Source: Mobula birostris
Taxonomy: Eukaryota
Assembly: GCF_030028105.1 (NCBI RefSeq)
Contig: NC_092377.1
Coordinates: forward strand, 109,045,379-109,109,378
Length of the DNA: 64,000 nt
Direction of reading: 5' to 3'
Shown: positions 39,965 through 52,651 of the stretch, piece by piece
Layout: each line of letters starts with the position of its first letter
How positions within the stretch are numbered: position 1 is the first letter of the stretch
Program-made: the position numbers and the translations under genes
Notes under the pieces: generated by a model
The model's input: only the letters and a program-made list of their open reading frames with translations
The model's database searches: none
Told to the model about the DNA's origin: nothing

Positions 39965-40412
39965 ATGAGGATGGAGGAGGAGCACCTTGTATTCTGTCTG
40001 GGTGACCTTCCAATAAACAGCTCTCCCGCCCCCCCCCCACCCTCTCTTCATCTGTCCTCCACTCTGACCTTTTACTTCTTCTCACCTACCTATCACCTTC
40101 CCCGGGTCCCTTCTTCCTTCCTTTTCTCCTATGGTCCACTCTTCTCCCCTATCAGATTCTTTCTTCTCCAGCCCTTGACCTTTCTCACCCACCTGGCTTC
40201 CCCTGTCACCTTCCAGCTAGCCTCCCACCCCTCCCCTCACCTTTTTATTCTGTCACCTTCGCCCTTCCTTTCCAGTCCTGAAGGAGAGACTCGACCTGAA
40301 ATATCGATTGTTCATTCATTTCCACAGTTGCTGCCTGATCAGCTGAGCTCCTCCAGCATTTTGAGTGTGTTGCTCTGGGTTTCCAGCATCTGCAGACTTG
40401 CTTGTGTTTCTG
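39965..40412 (+). mobile_element. Penelope 3' fragment (endonuclease C-terminus, CT-rich tract, degenerate hammerhead)
   Basis: RMEEEHLVFCLGDL parallels RLEDQHLVFRLGSL of the 8550 element; hammerhead remnant AGTCCTGAAGG..GAAATATCGATT at ~40274. Confidence 0.8.
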
Positions 40413-41299
40413 ATTTGTCACCTAAGTATGTTTTTCATTTCCACAAACCGCCTCCTCCACAGTCACAGTGACAGCAGTGAAGTAGGACAAGTAAAAAGCA
40501 CCTCCCATACCTTTGCCTCCTGTTGGCCTCCACGGGTCTGTTGCTTTACTCTTCTCCCTTTCTCACTTGATACCTGTTGAAGGTGTAGAGTTTGCTCTGA
40601 TCTCGGCTCAGTGCTTTGTTGTTTTGTGAACGCTTTCATCCTGCACCAGTGGTACCTGGGAGTCCCCTTCCAGGGAGTGCCTGCTCTGAATTGCTTTTCA
40701 CTGTCTGAAGTTGTTCATCCCCCACGGACGTTTATTGATGTGAATTAGTCTCTGTCCTGTCCCGTTTTTCTGGTGAACCTCAGGGCTGCTTTGCGGGTTG
40801 TTTCTGCCAGTGCTGTCAACCTGATGTGTGCCGGTCCCCGCTTCATTCCTCGGACTAAGTTCCCAGACTGAGCAATGCTTTCTCTTCCTTGAGCTGCAGC
40901 CCAGTTCTTGATGGATTCGGAGACTGTAGGAGCCCACTCGCTCTGCGCTTGCTGCCTTCCTTCCTCGTGCTGGGTTCTCTGTGCTCTCTCCCTCCTTCAC
41001 ATTCCCTACCTCGCCCACACCTCATTCCTGTGCACCAGCCTCGTGCCTCCTGTCCTGCTGTAGGTCGTGTTACATCCCTCCATCGCAGCACGCTTTCTGG
41101 GGCAGCCCCACGGTCATGAGCTGCTGTCGCAGGAAACCCACCTGCCCCGCCAGATTCCAATTTCAGCCCGTTGACTCCTGCATGGGAGAGCCCGGGACCC
41201 ACACAGTGCTCGGGTGGGGGCAGGAGTGCACAGGGGGTTGACTGACACACAGGAAACTGATGTCTGTCTATGATCTGGTAAGAGCCTATCAAACCTATA

Positions 41300-41760
41300 T
41301 TAATAATAGTAATAATAATTATTTATTCCAAGTGGTAAATTCTTTTGTTACAGCAGCAACATTTAAAAACACACTTAGGAGTGTGCAGACTTAACTAATA
41401 ATTAAACACAGGATAATAATATACCCAATAATAATGTACCAGTGTTCAATATTGTGCAATAATAATGTACAAAATACTAAAACATAGACTATTGTACGAT
41501 GATGTGTATCCTGTTGTACAGAGATGAACTGTTGTATATGCTTATTGCATCTGGTAGGAAAGATTTTCTGTAACGATTCTTGCGACAGTGGAGCTGAATG
41601 AGTCTGTTTGAAAGGGTGCTCTGCTGCTTATTCCGTCGGTCATGGAGAGAATGTGCCAGATTGTCCATAATGGATAACAGTTTGTTTAGTGGCCTCCTCT
41701 CCACTACTAATTCAAAAGAGTCTGGGTTGTAGCCAAAGACAGATCCAGCCCTTTATTACT
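41300..41760 (-). mobile_element. Rex-Babar/L2-type LINE 3' fragment with an AAT tail
   Basis: Minus peptide LLSIMDNLAHSLH..NRLIQLHCRKNRYRKSFLPDAI; (AAT)n at ~41302-41320. Confidence 0.65.
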
Positions 41761-41902
41761 AGCTCTTAGAACAATCCCATTAATCTCATTCTCCCACTTT
41801 GGTCTCTGTAATCTGTTGTTTTCTCCCCCATGTCCTCACTAGCTCCACCCCCGCCCCAGATTCCACCAGTCACCCGCACACTAGGGGCAATTGAGTTCGT
41901 GA

Positions 41903-42292
41903 GTTACTGCCCATTACGCCATTGGAGTTTAGGGCAGCAGTGAAGGTCTGCTGACGCAGGGTTTCCTCCATCGCTTTTCACCACTATCAGTCACTCAAGT
42001 CCCAGGTGGAGACTCAGGAATACCATTGCTCTCCAATGTACAAGAATTCTTTATTGCTGTTTCTGTAACCATTTTGTTTTCACCAATCGGGGTTGTTAGC
42101 CCTGAGCTGAACCCCCGAACCTGGAGGACCGGTTGACCACTCTTAGTCTGGCCTCTACCCTTTGACCTGTTTGGCACAGGTGACCCTACCAAGAACCAAA
42201 GCATAAAGCCCTGACTCCAGCCAGCTCAGCTCTCTGGGTCATTGAGGCACACAAGCCACCAAACTACGACGATGTTGTGGTCCTTTTGGAGA
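41903..42292 (-). mobile_element. Bipartite RTE-derived non-autonomous element (RTE 5' UTR joined to 3' tail)
   Basis: Reverse complement has GGCTTGTGTGCCTCAATGACCCAGAGAGC..GGTAGGGTCACC..CAGGTCAAAGGGTAGAGGCCAGACTAAGAG (RTE/Rex3-like head) and ends CTGCTGCCCTAAACTCC..GGCGTAATGGGCAGTA. Confidence 0.55.
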
Positions 42293-42393
42293 TGGGGGGA
42301 GTTCCTAGTGGCCAGTTAACCTACTGACTCGCAACACACGTAAAAGTTGCTGGTGAACGCAGCAGGCCAGGCAGCATCTCTAGGAAGAGGTGC

Positions 42394-42429
42394 AGTCGAC
42401 GTTTCAGGCCAAGACCCTTCGTCAGGACT
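42394..42429 (-). ncRNA. Minimal type I hammerhead ribozyme with an intact core, in a short Penelope 3'-end copy (~42330-42432)
   Basis: Reverse complement reads AGTC-CTGACGA-AGGGTCTTGGCCT-GAAA-CGTC-GACT; CUGANGA, GAAA, GUC and stems I/II are all present. Confidence 0.85.
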
Positions 42430-44051
42430 ACTGACTCGCGTGTCTTTGAGATATGGGGTGGGTGGGGACCAGACCATCCAAAGGAAACTCACACAGTCGC
42501 AGGGAGAGCCTACAAACTCCACACAGAGAACACCAGTTGTCAGGGTTGAACTGGTGCACTGAAGCTGTACCCCTGCTGGCCACTGGGACCACACTCGCAT
42601 ACAGCAGGAATTCCTGTCAGTCCCATTCCTCCCTCCTTCCTTCCCAGCAAGGATTCTCCCTCTTACAAGCACCTCCAATTCCTCTCTGATTCTGTTGGTC
42701 ACCCACACCGAGGGGTAATTGACTTGCCAGCGGTCCTTGGGATCTGGGAGGAGAAGGGAGCACACAGTCCCAGGGAGAGCATGCAAACTCCACACAGAGA
42801 GCACCAGAGGTCAGGAGGGAATATGAACAACTGGAGATGTGAGGCACCAACCCTCCCAGCTGTGCCCTGGCGCTGTGGTGTTTGATACAAAATGGTGCAG
42901 TCTGGCTGGAGCATGAAGCAGGTGATCAGTGGTGAGGGGCTGCAGAGTTCTGAGATGCTGAGGGAGCGGGCCCGGGTGTGTGGGATGCAGGTACAGCACG
43001 TAGTTTGGAAAGCAGAAAACAGAAAGCTATTGTTCCTCTCTCTTTGAAACTGAATCCAACAGCATGAAGGTCAGCCTTCATTGAGCACTACACAGAAACA
43101 GGCCCTTCAGCCCATCTAGTCTATGCCAAATTATTATTCTGCCAAATTCCATCGACCTGCTCCCTGACCATGGCCCTCTATACTCTTCCCATCCATGTGC
43201 CTGTCCTCTTAAACGTTACAATTGAACCCACATCCACCAGTTCCTCTGGCAGCTCATTTCACCCTCTCACCACCCCCTGAAGAAATTCTCACTCAAGTGA
43301 GGAACAATCTGATTGGACACCTTTTAAGGGAAACAACAGACCTCCCATTTGTGACAGAGATGCAGCGGTTCTGAGGTGATCAGAGGGAGCTAAAGCCCAA
43401 TCTTTGCCAATGAGGCGAGACGCACCGAAAGGTTATCCAGTGCTGTTTGCCTGCTGTTTGACCGTGTGGGCTGGAGTTCAGCGAGAAGATTAATCAGCAA
43501 AGTGGAAACATCCAGAAAGGGCAATAAACAATCTGCTGGAGGAACTTGGTGGGTTGAGCTGCATCTATGGGGTGGGGGGAAGGTAGCAATTTGTCAATGT
43601 TTCAGGTCCAAGCCCCATATCAGGACTCGGATAGGAGAGGGAGTGTCGAGAAAGGATTCTGAGGTGATTGGTGGACTGAGGAGGTGATAGATAGATAGGG
43701 GAGGGGAGTAGGGATGCAGTCATTTCTCACAAATTCACTCTCTTCCCAACCACCGGTATCGCCTCCTCACTCACTGTTCATGTGGCTTCTGGTCCAAACT
43801 CTGTCCCGTCGGGCTTGGGGTTACGTGGGATTTTTATGGGCTGAGAGTTGGTCGAATTCCAGAAAACTGAGCTAACGATTAACTGGTAACAAAGGTTGGA
43901 CCATTATGCTGGTACATTTTAATCTTGCATTTGTCTTGTTTAACATGGGATTAGTTAATCCAGAGGGGAGTTGACCCTCTGTGGAAAAGTTTAGCTTCTG
44001 GTTAAAGGAATATTGTACAGCCGTTACATGACTGGGGTGTTTCCCTGCCAG

Positions 44052-44326
44052 GTATCCCAGCAAGACTTAAAGAAGGAGAGTCCGGTCCAGTTCAAGTTCC
44101 GCATCAAGTTCTTCCCTGAGGACGTGTCTGAGGAGCTGATCCAGGAGATCACTCAGAAGCTCTTCTTCCTTCAAGTGAAGGAAAACATTCTTTCTGATGA
44201 GGTCTACTGTCCTCCCGAGACAGCCGTGCTCCTCGCCTCCTACGCCGTGCAGGCAAAGTTCGGAGACTTCAACTTGGAATCGCACAAGGCCAGCTACCTG
44301 ACATCCGATCGGCTGCTCCCACAGCG
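44052..44326 (+). CDS. ezr: Ezrin coding exon, residues ~65-156
   Basis: [82 protein letters not shown](R); 275 nt; AG/GT. S66, ITQKL, ILSDE and AKFGD are ezrin-type. Confidence 0.95.
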
Positions 44327-44781
44327 GTAGGTGCAGTGTGGCAACACCATTGAGCTGGGGCTTAGGACGTTGTTACCCTAGGGAAGGACTGTTTCTCCCA
44401 CCCGAGCAGCTCTGCTTCTCAACAAGGAATGTCCTGGGGTAACCGGGGTGAGGAACGGACAGGGAAGATGTCCCAGATAGGGTGTTTCACTGGATCCTGG
44501 GCCAGGGGATTCAGATTGACAATAGTGAGAAATGCCTTCACTCTAGTGGCACCTAGGGCAGACTGCCAGCACCAGTCTACATCAGTCAGGGTGTTGACTA
44601 CAGGAGTTATGACGCTATCCTGCAGTTGTACAAGACGTTGACGAAGCCACCGTTTCCAGTTTAGGCCGCCCTGGTATTAGGAAAGGCTTCATTAAGCTGG
44701 AAAGAGTGCAGAGGAGATTGACTCGAGTTTTCGGGAGCAGTTGGGTAGGGTAGGACAAGGAATGGTTGAGATGATCTTGTA

Positions 44782-45242
44782 GTCGGCAGCCGTCGATCCC
44801 AGGGGATCACGGGTTTGTGCCTCTGGTGGGCTGTGTCCTCTCCAGGACGTAAACCCGGGTGGGAAGATCTGAAGAATCTGGTGTTGCCCATGCAGCGGGT
44901 TCCCTCTCCACGTCACTGATGTAGTCCAAGGGAAGGCCAAAGGCCGATACAGTCTGGCACCAGCGCCATCGCAGAGGTTGCCAGAGTGAAGTTGTAAACA
45001 ACATCAGACTGCCTTAGGGACCCCGGCTCTGGATTCCTTCCTCGGGGTGGGTATGGCCGCAAGGCAGCGGAGGTTTAAAATCAGCCTTTGCCCCTTTTCT
45101 CGTCAGTAGAAACAGTTCCACTGGGCCTAGACCAAGGTTGGCCTTGGTTGTCAGAGGCTGCTAGAGATGCACACCATTTGGAGCACTTTGTAGGTCGTGG
45201 GAGCTTATCCACACTCATAGAGTATGACAACCTGAGGAACCA
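44782..45242 (-). mobile_element. RTE-derived SINE-like insertion with 11-bp TSD, nested in a CR1 fragment
   Basis: ATGATCTTGTA at 44771-44781 and 45243-45253; the flanks rejoin to CR1 (GATCTTGTACAGGTGTATAAAATT). The RTE assignment and orientation are inferred from 5'-UTR-like motifs. Confidence 0.65.
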
Positions 45243-46504
45243 ATGATCTTGTACAGGTGTATAAAATTTTGAGGGGCATAGACAGGGTAAATGTACCCAA
45301 TCTTTATTTTTTCCAGAGAAAGGATGTCAAAAACTCAAGGGATAGATTTAGGGTGAGATCTGAGGGGCAAAGGGTGATGGATATGTGGAATGCGGTGCTG
45401 GAGGGAATGGTTGAGATGGGTGCGCTAGAACGTATAACGACACGTACCCTTGGACAGATACACAGACAGGAAAGGTCTAGAAGGATGTGGGCTAGACACT
45501 GGCAAATGGGGCAAGTTTGGATGTGGATGTTGGTCAGCGTGGAATTGATGGGCAGAAGGGCCTTTTTCAGTCCCTCTCTGACACTCAGGGTGGTGAACCT
45601 GTGGAATTCTCTACCCCAGAGGCTCAGTGGTCATGTCCTTTCTGGACAGAGACTTAAGGAATTCTGAGCACTGGAGAATTCGGAGACATGGAGATTACGT
45701 AGGAAATGGTCCCTGCAGAATAGTGAAACAGTGTCAAACAGAGCAGAGTCCATTCCCCCTACCTGGTGTTCTTCCCTTAAGGGGTGGTTCGTAGGGGTGG
45801 TTGGTGGAGGCGGCTGCATCTGTTTAAAGAGGGTTCTAGTGAACCGAGAGCTCCTTCCGTCATTCCCCCGGTCAGTATTGCTCTACACGTTCTGCGTATG
45901 TCCTTCCTAACTCTCGAGTCCCTCGCACAGAGGGGGTTATTGGCTTTTGACATGCCAGGGGTTGCAACTGGGCAACTGGCGATGATGTGTAGATCTTCTG
46001 TGCAGTTGGCCAGTGGTGTGGTTTAGAACAGTTACCACATGGGGATTTGCAGTGTCAGGCCTGAGTGGTGTGAGGGAGGAGGGGTGTGATCGTCTGGGCC
46101 CCTGCTCCTACTTTCGGCTTCCCTGAACTTGCGGCAAGTTAGCAGGCAAGGTGTGGTCCTGCAGCACAGAGCTCAGCATTGTTCCCACTGACGATTACAT
46201 AATGAAAGAATAACATTGGAGAACGCTCCACACCTTCGCCCTGTGCAGTTCTGCTTCAGGCCTCACTGTTCCTATCGTGCTTTGGCAAAACGTGTGTTTC
46301 TCCAGAATTCTCAATACGTCTGTCCCTTTTCATGTTTAGTTTTTCACAAAGGCTCTGCAACACAAACACAGGCCGTTCAGGTTAACACACTTTCATGCAT
46401 GTTGGTGCTTCCTCTTCAACCACACTGGCAAAGAGCCTGCTACCCCCACTCCACTCCAACCCTGACATTCCTTAGTCCCCCACCTCGACACTAAAAAATC
46501 CACA

Positions 46505-49300
46505 CCCCTCCATCAGCCCTGACCCTGACCTCCCTCACGCTGCCCCTGACCTCCCTCACGCTGCCCCTGACCTCCCTCACACTGACCCTGACCTCCCTCA
46601 CGCTGCCCCTGACAATCCTCACGCTGACCCTGACCTCCCTCACGCTGACCCTGACCTCCCTCACGCTGCCCCTGACAATCCTCACGCTGACCCTGACCTC
46701 CCTCACGCTGCCCCTGACCTCCCTCACGCTGACCCTGACCTCCCTCACGCTGACCCTGACATCCCTCACACTGACCCTGACAATCCTCACGCTGCCCCTG
46801 ACCTCCCTCACGCTGCCCCTGACCTCCCTCACGCTGCCCCTGACCTCCCTCACGCTGACCCTGACGTCCCTCACGCTGACCCTGACAATCCTCACGCTGC
46901 CCCTGACCTCCCTCACGCTGACCCTGACAATCCTCACGCTGCCCCTGACCTCCCTCACGCTGACCCTGACAATCCTCACACTGACCCTGACGTCCCTCAC
47001 ACTGACCCTGACGACCCTCACACTGACCCAGACCTTCCTCACGCTGACCCTGACGACACTCACGCTGACCCTGGCGATCCTCACACTGCACCAGCCCTCC
47101 CTCGCGCTGACCCTGGCGACCCTCGCGCTGACCCTGACCTCACTCACGCTGACCCAGACGATCCTCACACTGAACCTGACATCCTTCACACTGACCCCCT
47201 CATGCTGACCCAGACCTCCCTCACGCTGACCCAGACGATCCTCACGCTGACCCAGACGATCCTCACGCTGGCCCTGCCCTCCCTCACGCCGACCCTGACG
47301 ATCCTCACGCCGATCCTGACCTCCCTCACGCCGACCCAGACGATCCCTCACACTGACCTGACCCTGACGATCCCTCACGCTGACCCTGACGATCCTCACA
47401 CTGACCCTGACGACCCTCACCCTGACCCTGACGTCCCTCACCCTGACCCTGCTGGAAGCCCTCACACTGACCCTGACCATCCTCACACCGACCCTGATCC
47501 AGACGATGCTCACACTGGCATCCCTCACGCTGACCCTGACCTCCCTCACGCTGACCCTGACCTCCCTCACACTGACCCTGACGACCCTCACCCTGACCCT
47601 GACGTCCCTCACGCTGACCCTGCTGGAAGCCCTCACACTGACCCTGACCATCCTCACACCGACTCTGATCCAGACGATGCTCACACTGACATCCCTCACG
47701 CTGACCCTGACCTCCCTCACGCTGACCCTGACCTCCCTCACACTGACACAGACAATCCTGACGCTGCCCCTGACCTCCCTCACGCTGCCCCTGACCTCCC
47801 TCACCTCCCTCACACTGACCATCCTCACGCTGACCCTGACCATCCTCACGCTGACACAGACGATCCTGACGCTGCCCCTGACCTCCCTCACGCTGCCCCT
47901 GGCGACCCTCACGCTGCCCCTGGCGACCCTCACGCTGCCCCTGACCTCCCTCACGCTGCCCCTGACCTCCCTCACACTGACCCTGACGACCCTCACCCTG
48001 ACCCTGACGTCCCTCACGCTGACCCTGCTGGAAGCCCTCACACTGACCCTGACCATCCTCACACCGACTCTGATCCAGACGATGCTCACACTGACATCCC
48101 TCACGCTGACCCTGACCTCCCTCACGCTGACCCTGACCTCCCTCACACTGACACAGACAATCCTGACGCTGCCCCTGACCTCCCTCACGCTGCCCCTGAC
48201 CTCCCTCACACTGACCATCCTCACGCTGACCCTGACCATCCTCACGCTGACACAGACGATCCTGACGCTGCCCCTGACCTCCCTCACGCTGCCCCTGACC
48301 TCCCTCACGCTGCCCCTGACCTCCCTCACGCTGCCCCTGGCGACCCTCACGCTGCCCCTGGCGACCCTCACGCTGACCCAGACGATCCCTCACGCTGACC
48401 CAGACGATCCCTCACGCTGACCCTGACGATCCCTCACGCTGACCCAGACCACCCTCACGCTGCCCCTGACGACCCTCACGCTGCCCCTGACGACCTCTCA
48501 CGCTGACCCAGACGATCCCTCACGCTGACCCAGACGATCCCTCACGCTGACCCAGACCTCCCTCATGCTGACCCTGACATCCGTCACACTGACCCCCCCT
48601 CACGCTGACCCTGACCTCCGTCACACTGACCCCGCCTCACGCTGACCCTGACGATCCTCACGCTGACCCAGACCTCCCTCACGCTGACCCTGACATCCGT
48701 CACACTGACCCCCCCCATGCTGACCCTGACCTCCGTCACACTGACCCCCCCTCACGCTGACCCTGACCTCCCTCACGCTGACCCTGACCTCCCTCACGCT
48801 GACCCTGACCCCCCTCACGCTGACCCTGACCTCCCCCACACTGACCCAGAGCATCCTCACACTGACCCAGAGCATCCTCACACTGACCCTGACATCCGTC
48901 ACACTGACCCCCCCCATGCTGACCCTGACCTCCGTCACGCTGACCCTGACGACCCCTCACGCTGACCCTGACGACCCCTCACGCTGACCCTGACCTCCCT
49001 CACGCTGACCCTGACCCCCCTCACGCTGACCCTGACCTCCCCCACACTGACCCAGAGCATCCTCACACTGACCCTGACATCCCTCACACTGACCCCCCTC
49101 ACGCTGACCCTGACATCTCTCACGCTGGCCTCCCTCCTGCTGACCCTGATCCTAGCCCTCACGTTAGCCCTGATATTACTCACACTAACCCTGACCCCAA
49201 CCCTCACTCTGACCCTAACCCTCACGCTAACCCCAACGTCCCCCTCACCTTAATCCCAACATCGACCTCCCACTGACACTGACATCCCTCACGTGTACCC
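46505..49300. repeat. 21-bp minisatellite array (~2.8 kb), consensus CTGACCCTGACCTCCCTCACG, with higher-order duplications
   Basis: Direct reading shows more than 100 variant units; the marker GCTGGAAGC recurs at 47451, 47622 and 48027. Confidence 0.97.
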
Positions 49301-49318
49301 TGATGTCCCCCTCACGTC

Positions 49319-50675
49319 TGTAGGGTAACATAGTGGGTGACAGATGACATGTATTATTCACAGTAGAAACTGTTCTACATAATTCGCAAACATCGTCATC
49401 CAGTTGTGATCATTTGAAAAGACTGCATCTGACGTAATACAGTCAGTGCAAGGCAAAGCATTTGTCTTGTTCACAATGGAAAGGCTATGGCTTTTGATAA
49501 GCACACAAAACAACACTTGCATGTTTTATTCACAAACTCCTACAATGGTGATCCTGCAGCTATAAGGTTATTCCGGAGTTACTCAATGACATGTCAATCA
49601 CAGTTGCTTTGAAGCTGCTGGAGTTTTGGGAGCAGCAACAGTGTGGGTTGCATAGACAGAAGTCCAGTTTGTGCTGCGAGGAATCACTGCAGACAATTTT
49701 ATCTCACCATAGCATTGCTAAGTTCCACTACAGCCAGAGTGGTGAGTCTACTAGAAGACCTGCCTGCATGTGATAAATAAGTCATTCTAAAAACTCACTC
49801 ATTACAGACTTTTGGACTGTCTGAGCATGCCAAACAGTTGCTCTCCTTGCCCAACCTGGGTGATGCTCAGCCTTCAGAACTAATGGACCACATGTCATGT
49901 CTTCTGGGCCATCACCGTCCTTGTTTTGTTTTAAAGAACCGTTCCTTACAGGCTGCTCTGAGGGCTTCCCTAATGGATGAGTGTTGGAGTGATCGCCTCC
50001 CGTGGGTCCTGCTGGGGCTCGGAACAGCTCCAGAAGAGGACCTGTGGTCCCGCACAGCTGACAGCCGACGTACAGGCAGTTGCTACGGGGCTGCCTGATT
50101 CCACATTCTGCCCTGTTCAGTAAACTCAATTCTATTACACTATTCCTGCCTCTCATCATGACGTACAGCACTCGAGTTCCAGCTGGCCTTCATTCTACCT
50201 TGTTCATTTTTGTCTGCCATGAGGCACTTCAACACCCCCTTACAATGGCCCTTTTTATTGTGGATAGGAAGAGTAAACCGGAATGTATTTCTGTAGATGG
50301 CCTGGATGTTTCCGCTGCCATACCCTTGCATTACAATGGGACCACATGCGTGTCAGGACACACACCCCGGGTTGAGCCAGAGGCACCTGCTGTTACTTCA
50401 CAGAGGGCCCGAGCCGGGCGGCTCACACAAACTCCAGACAGACTCTCAGTGAACTCTGTAACGGGTGACAGACGACACATACAGCTCACAACAGAAACTG
50501 TTCTACATAATTCACAAACACCATCATTGAGTAGTTGTGCTCACTTTTAGAGATGGTGTCTGATGTCATGATGTCAGTGTAAGGGGACTGCTTTTGGTTT
50601 GTCCATAATGGAAGTAAAAGACTTTTGTTAAGCACGTCAGACGACTCTCGCATGTTTTATTCACAAAATTCTACA
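49319..50675 (+). mobile_element. Internally deleted Gypsy LTR retrotransposon (LTRs 49319-49544 and 50457-50675)
   Basis: Two TGTA..CTACA direct repeats share AGAAACTGTTCTACATAATTC and GCATGTTTTATTCACAAA. A PBS-like TGG follows the 5' LTR. Gag remnant VALKLLEFW; integrase remnant LRASLMDECWSDRLPWVLLGLGTAPEEDL. Confidence 0.85.
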
Positions 50676-51498
50676 CGCTGAGCCCGACGTCCCCCTCATG
50701 TCAAACCCCAAAGTCCCCCTGACATCCCTCACGCCGACCCTGGCTCCCCACTGAACCTAACTGCCCTCCACAGCCACACTGATGTTGCTGCCTCCATGTG
50801 AGCACAACTCCCGCTCCCTCCCACACTGACATGTGACACCAGCATGGAACCCCTGTAGGAGGCATGGGCTGCCTGCTGGTATTTCCCTCTGGCAGAGTTT
50901 ACAGAGGGCAGAACGTTTCTGCCCTCAATGATGTCATCATATGAGTAGGTGCTCAGTACATTGGATTGGTAAACTGGGCGTCTGCCCTGGGTGGTCTGGA
51001 GGGATGGGAGCCAGGGTGACAGGTCAGACGATGGAGCAGTTGTTGTAAAGTTGTGGGTGGTGCAAAAATGCAGTCAGTTGGATGGGTTGAAATATTTTAA
51101 TCCAAGAGCGCGGGGGGGAGGGTGTGGGATTATGAAGTTATTGGGCGAGGGAAGGCTGTTTAAGGAGCACTAGTATGGTTTTCTGGATAGGGGCGCCCCA
51201 CTGAGGCAGGGAAAGGACCGTGGTTGACGAGATGTGGAACTCGTGGTCAAGAGGAAGAAAGAAGTATTCATAATGTTTAGGAAGCAAGGATCAGACAGAA
51301 TCCGGGGAAGGAGTAATTAGACTTCCAGATCTGCAGTTGAGTTTGATTCAGTCCTGGATCCATCTCGGAGGACCTCGTGGCTCTCGTTAAGGGGCGGGTT
51401 CAGTGAATTGTGGGATGGGATCTGAATGCTTGACTGTCTCCGGTTGTGCCTGAGCCATCGAGTGGCTGGGACTGAGGCTTGTGCTGTCTTCCCTGCAG

Positions 51499-51582
51499 TG
51501 TGATGGAGCAGCACAAATTGACCCGAGAGCAGTGGGAGGAGAGGATCCAGATTTGGCACGAGGAGCACCGTGGGATGCTGAA
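51499..51582 (+). CDS. ezr: Ezrin coding exon, residues ~156-184
   Basis: (R)[27 protein letters not shown](K); acceptor ccctgcAG, donor GTgagt; 84 nt, phase 2-2. Confidence 0.95.
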
Positions 51583-52421
51583 GTGAGTTCACACATGCGG
51601 CCTTCTGTCCCAGTGGAAGAGTACCTGTGACCTGCTCCTCTGTGGAGCACCACCACCTGCGTTTCATATTCTCCTGTGACCTAGGAGGAGGTCATTCAAG
51701 CCTGTGACCTCATCTTCCCACATTCCCCTCAAATCCACTGCTCACCTATGCCAATGAACCTGCCAGCCACATGAATTTGGGGTATGGGAGGGAACTGGAG
51801 CTCCCAGGGGAAACCTGTGTGATCACAGGGAGAACTTGTAGGTTCCACACAGACAGCACTGAAGGTCAGGGCTGGGATCGGACCTGGGTCTCTGGGTCTG
51901 TGAGGCAGCTGCTCTACTCAATGGGCACCCTGTCTCATGGCCTGACCTGATTCCGTACAATGAGGCCCAATGCAAACTTCAGCAACAATATCTTATCTTC
52001 AGCTGGGAACCTTGCATGCTGCAGGACTCAAAACTGAGTTCCCCAACTTTAGGTAACCCCACCCTCTCTTGTCTATGTCAGACCGGCCATTAATGGCACT
52101 TGTCGTTTTGGCTCACTTAGGTCCTATCTGGTTCCGTAGTCACGTGTTCTCCTGACATAGTCGTGAGCTCCACCAGCGTGCACCACACCCCCACACTGGG
52201 GACAAACTGCAGTGTCCAGTTACCTGCTCACCCAGCTTCAGGATCAAATCCATTTTACATTTTCTTCTTGTCGTATTTCCTTACAACAAAGGAGGCCATT
52301 TGGCAGCTCTTCAAGAATTCCCAGCAGTCCCGTTGCCCTGCTTCTTTGCCCTGTAACCTCTGGCGTATCTGACTGCTTGCACACTGTTCTCTGGATGTCT
52401 TATGTACAAGTCTGCGCCTAA

Positions 52422-52589
<168 letters not shown>

Positions 52590-52651
52590 TAAGTGATCGT
52601 ATTTCCCTTTGGAGCTCGGCCGTGCCCATTTGGAGTGGGCAGATGTTATTA

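Noticed and set aside
39611-40471. 286-aa ORF on +
   Set aside because: It runs through the CT-rich Penelope 3' fragment and gives a low-complexity Ser/Pro/Leu/Phe product with no domain.
46491-49225. Long ORFs (626, 398, 355, 304 and 192 aa) on both strands
   Set aside because: They arise because the 21-bp unit (a multiple of 3) lacks stops in several frames. The products are pure 7-residue repeats inside an ezrin intron with no splice or promoter support.
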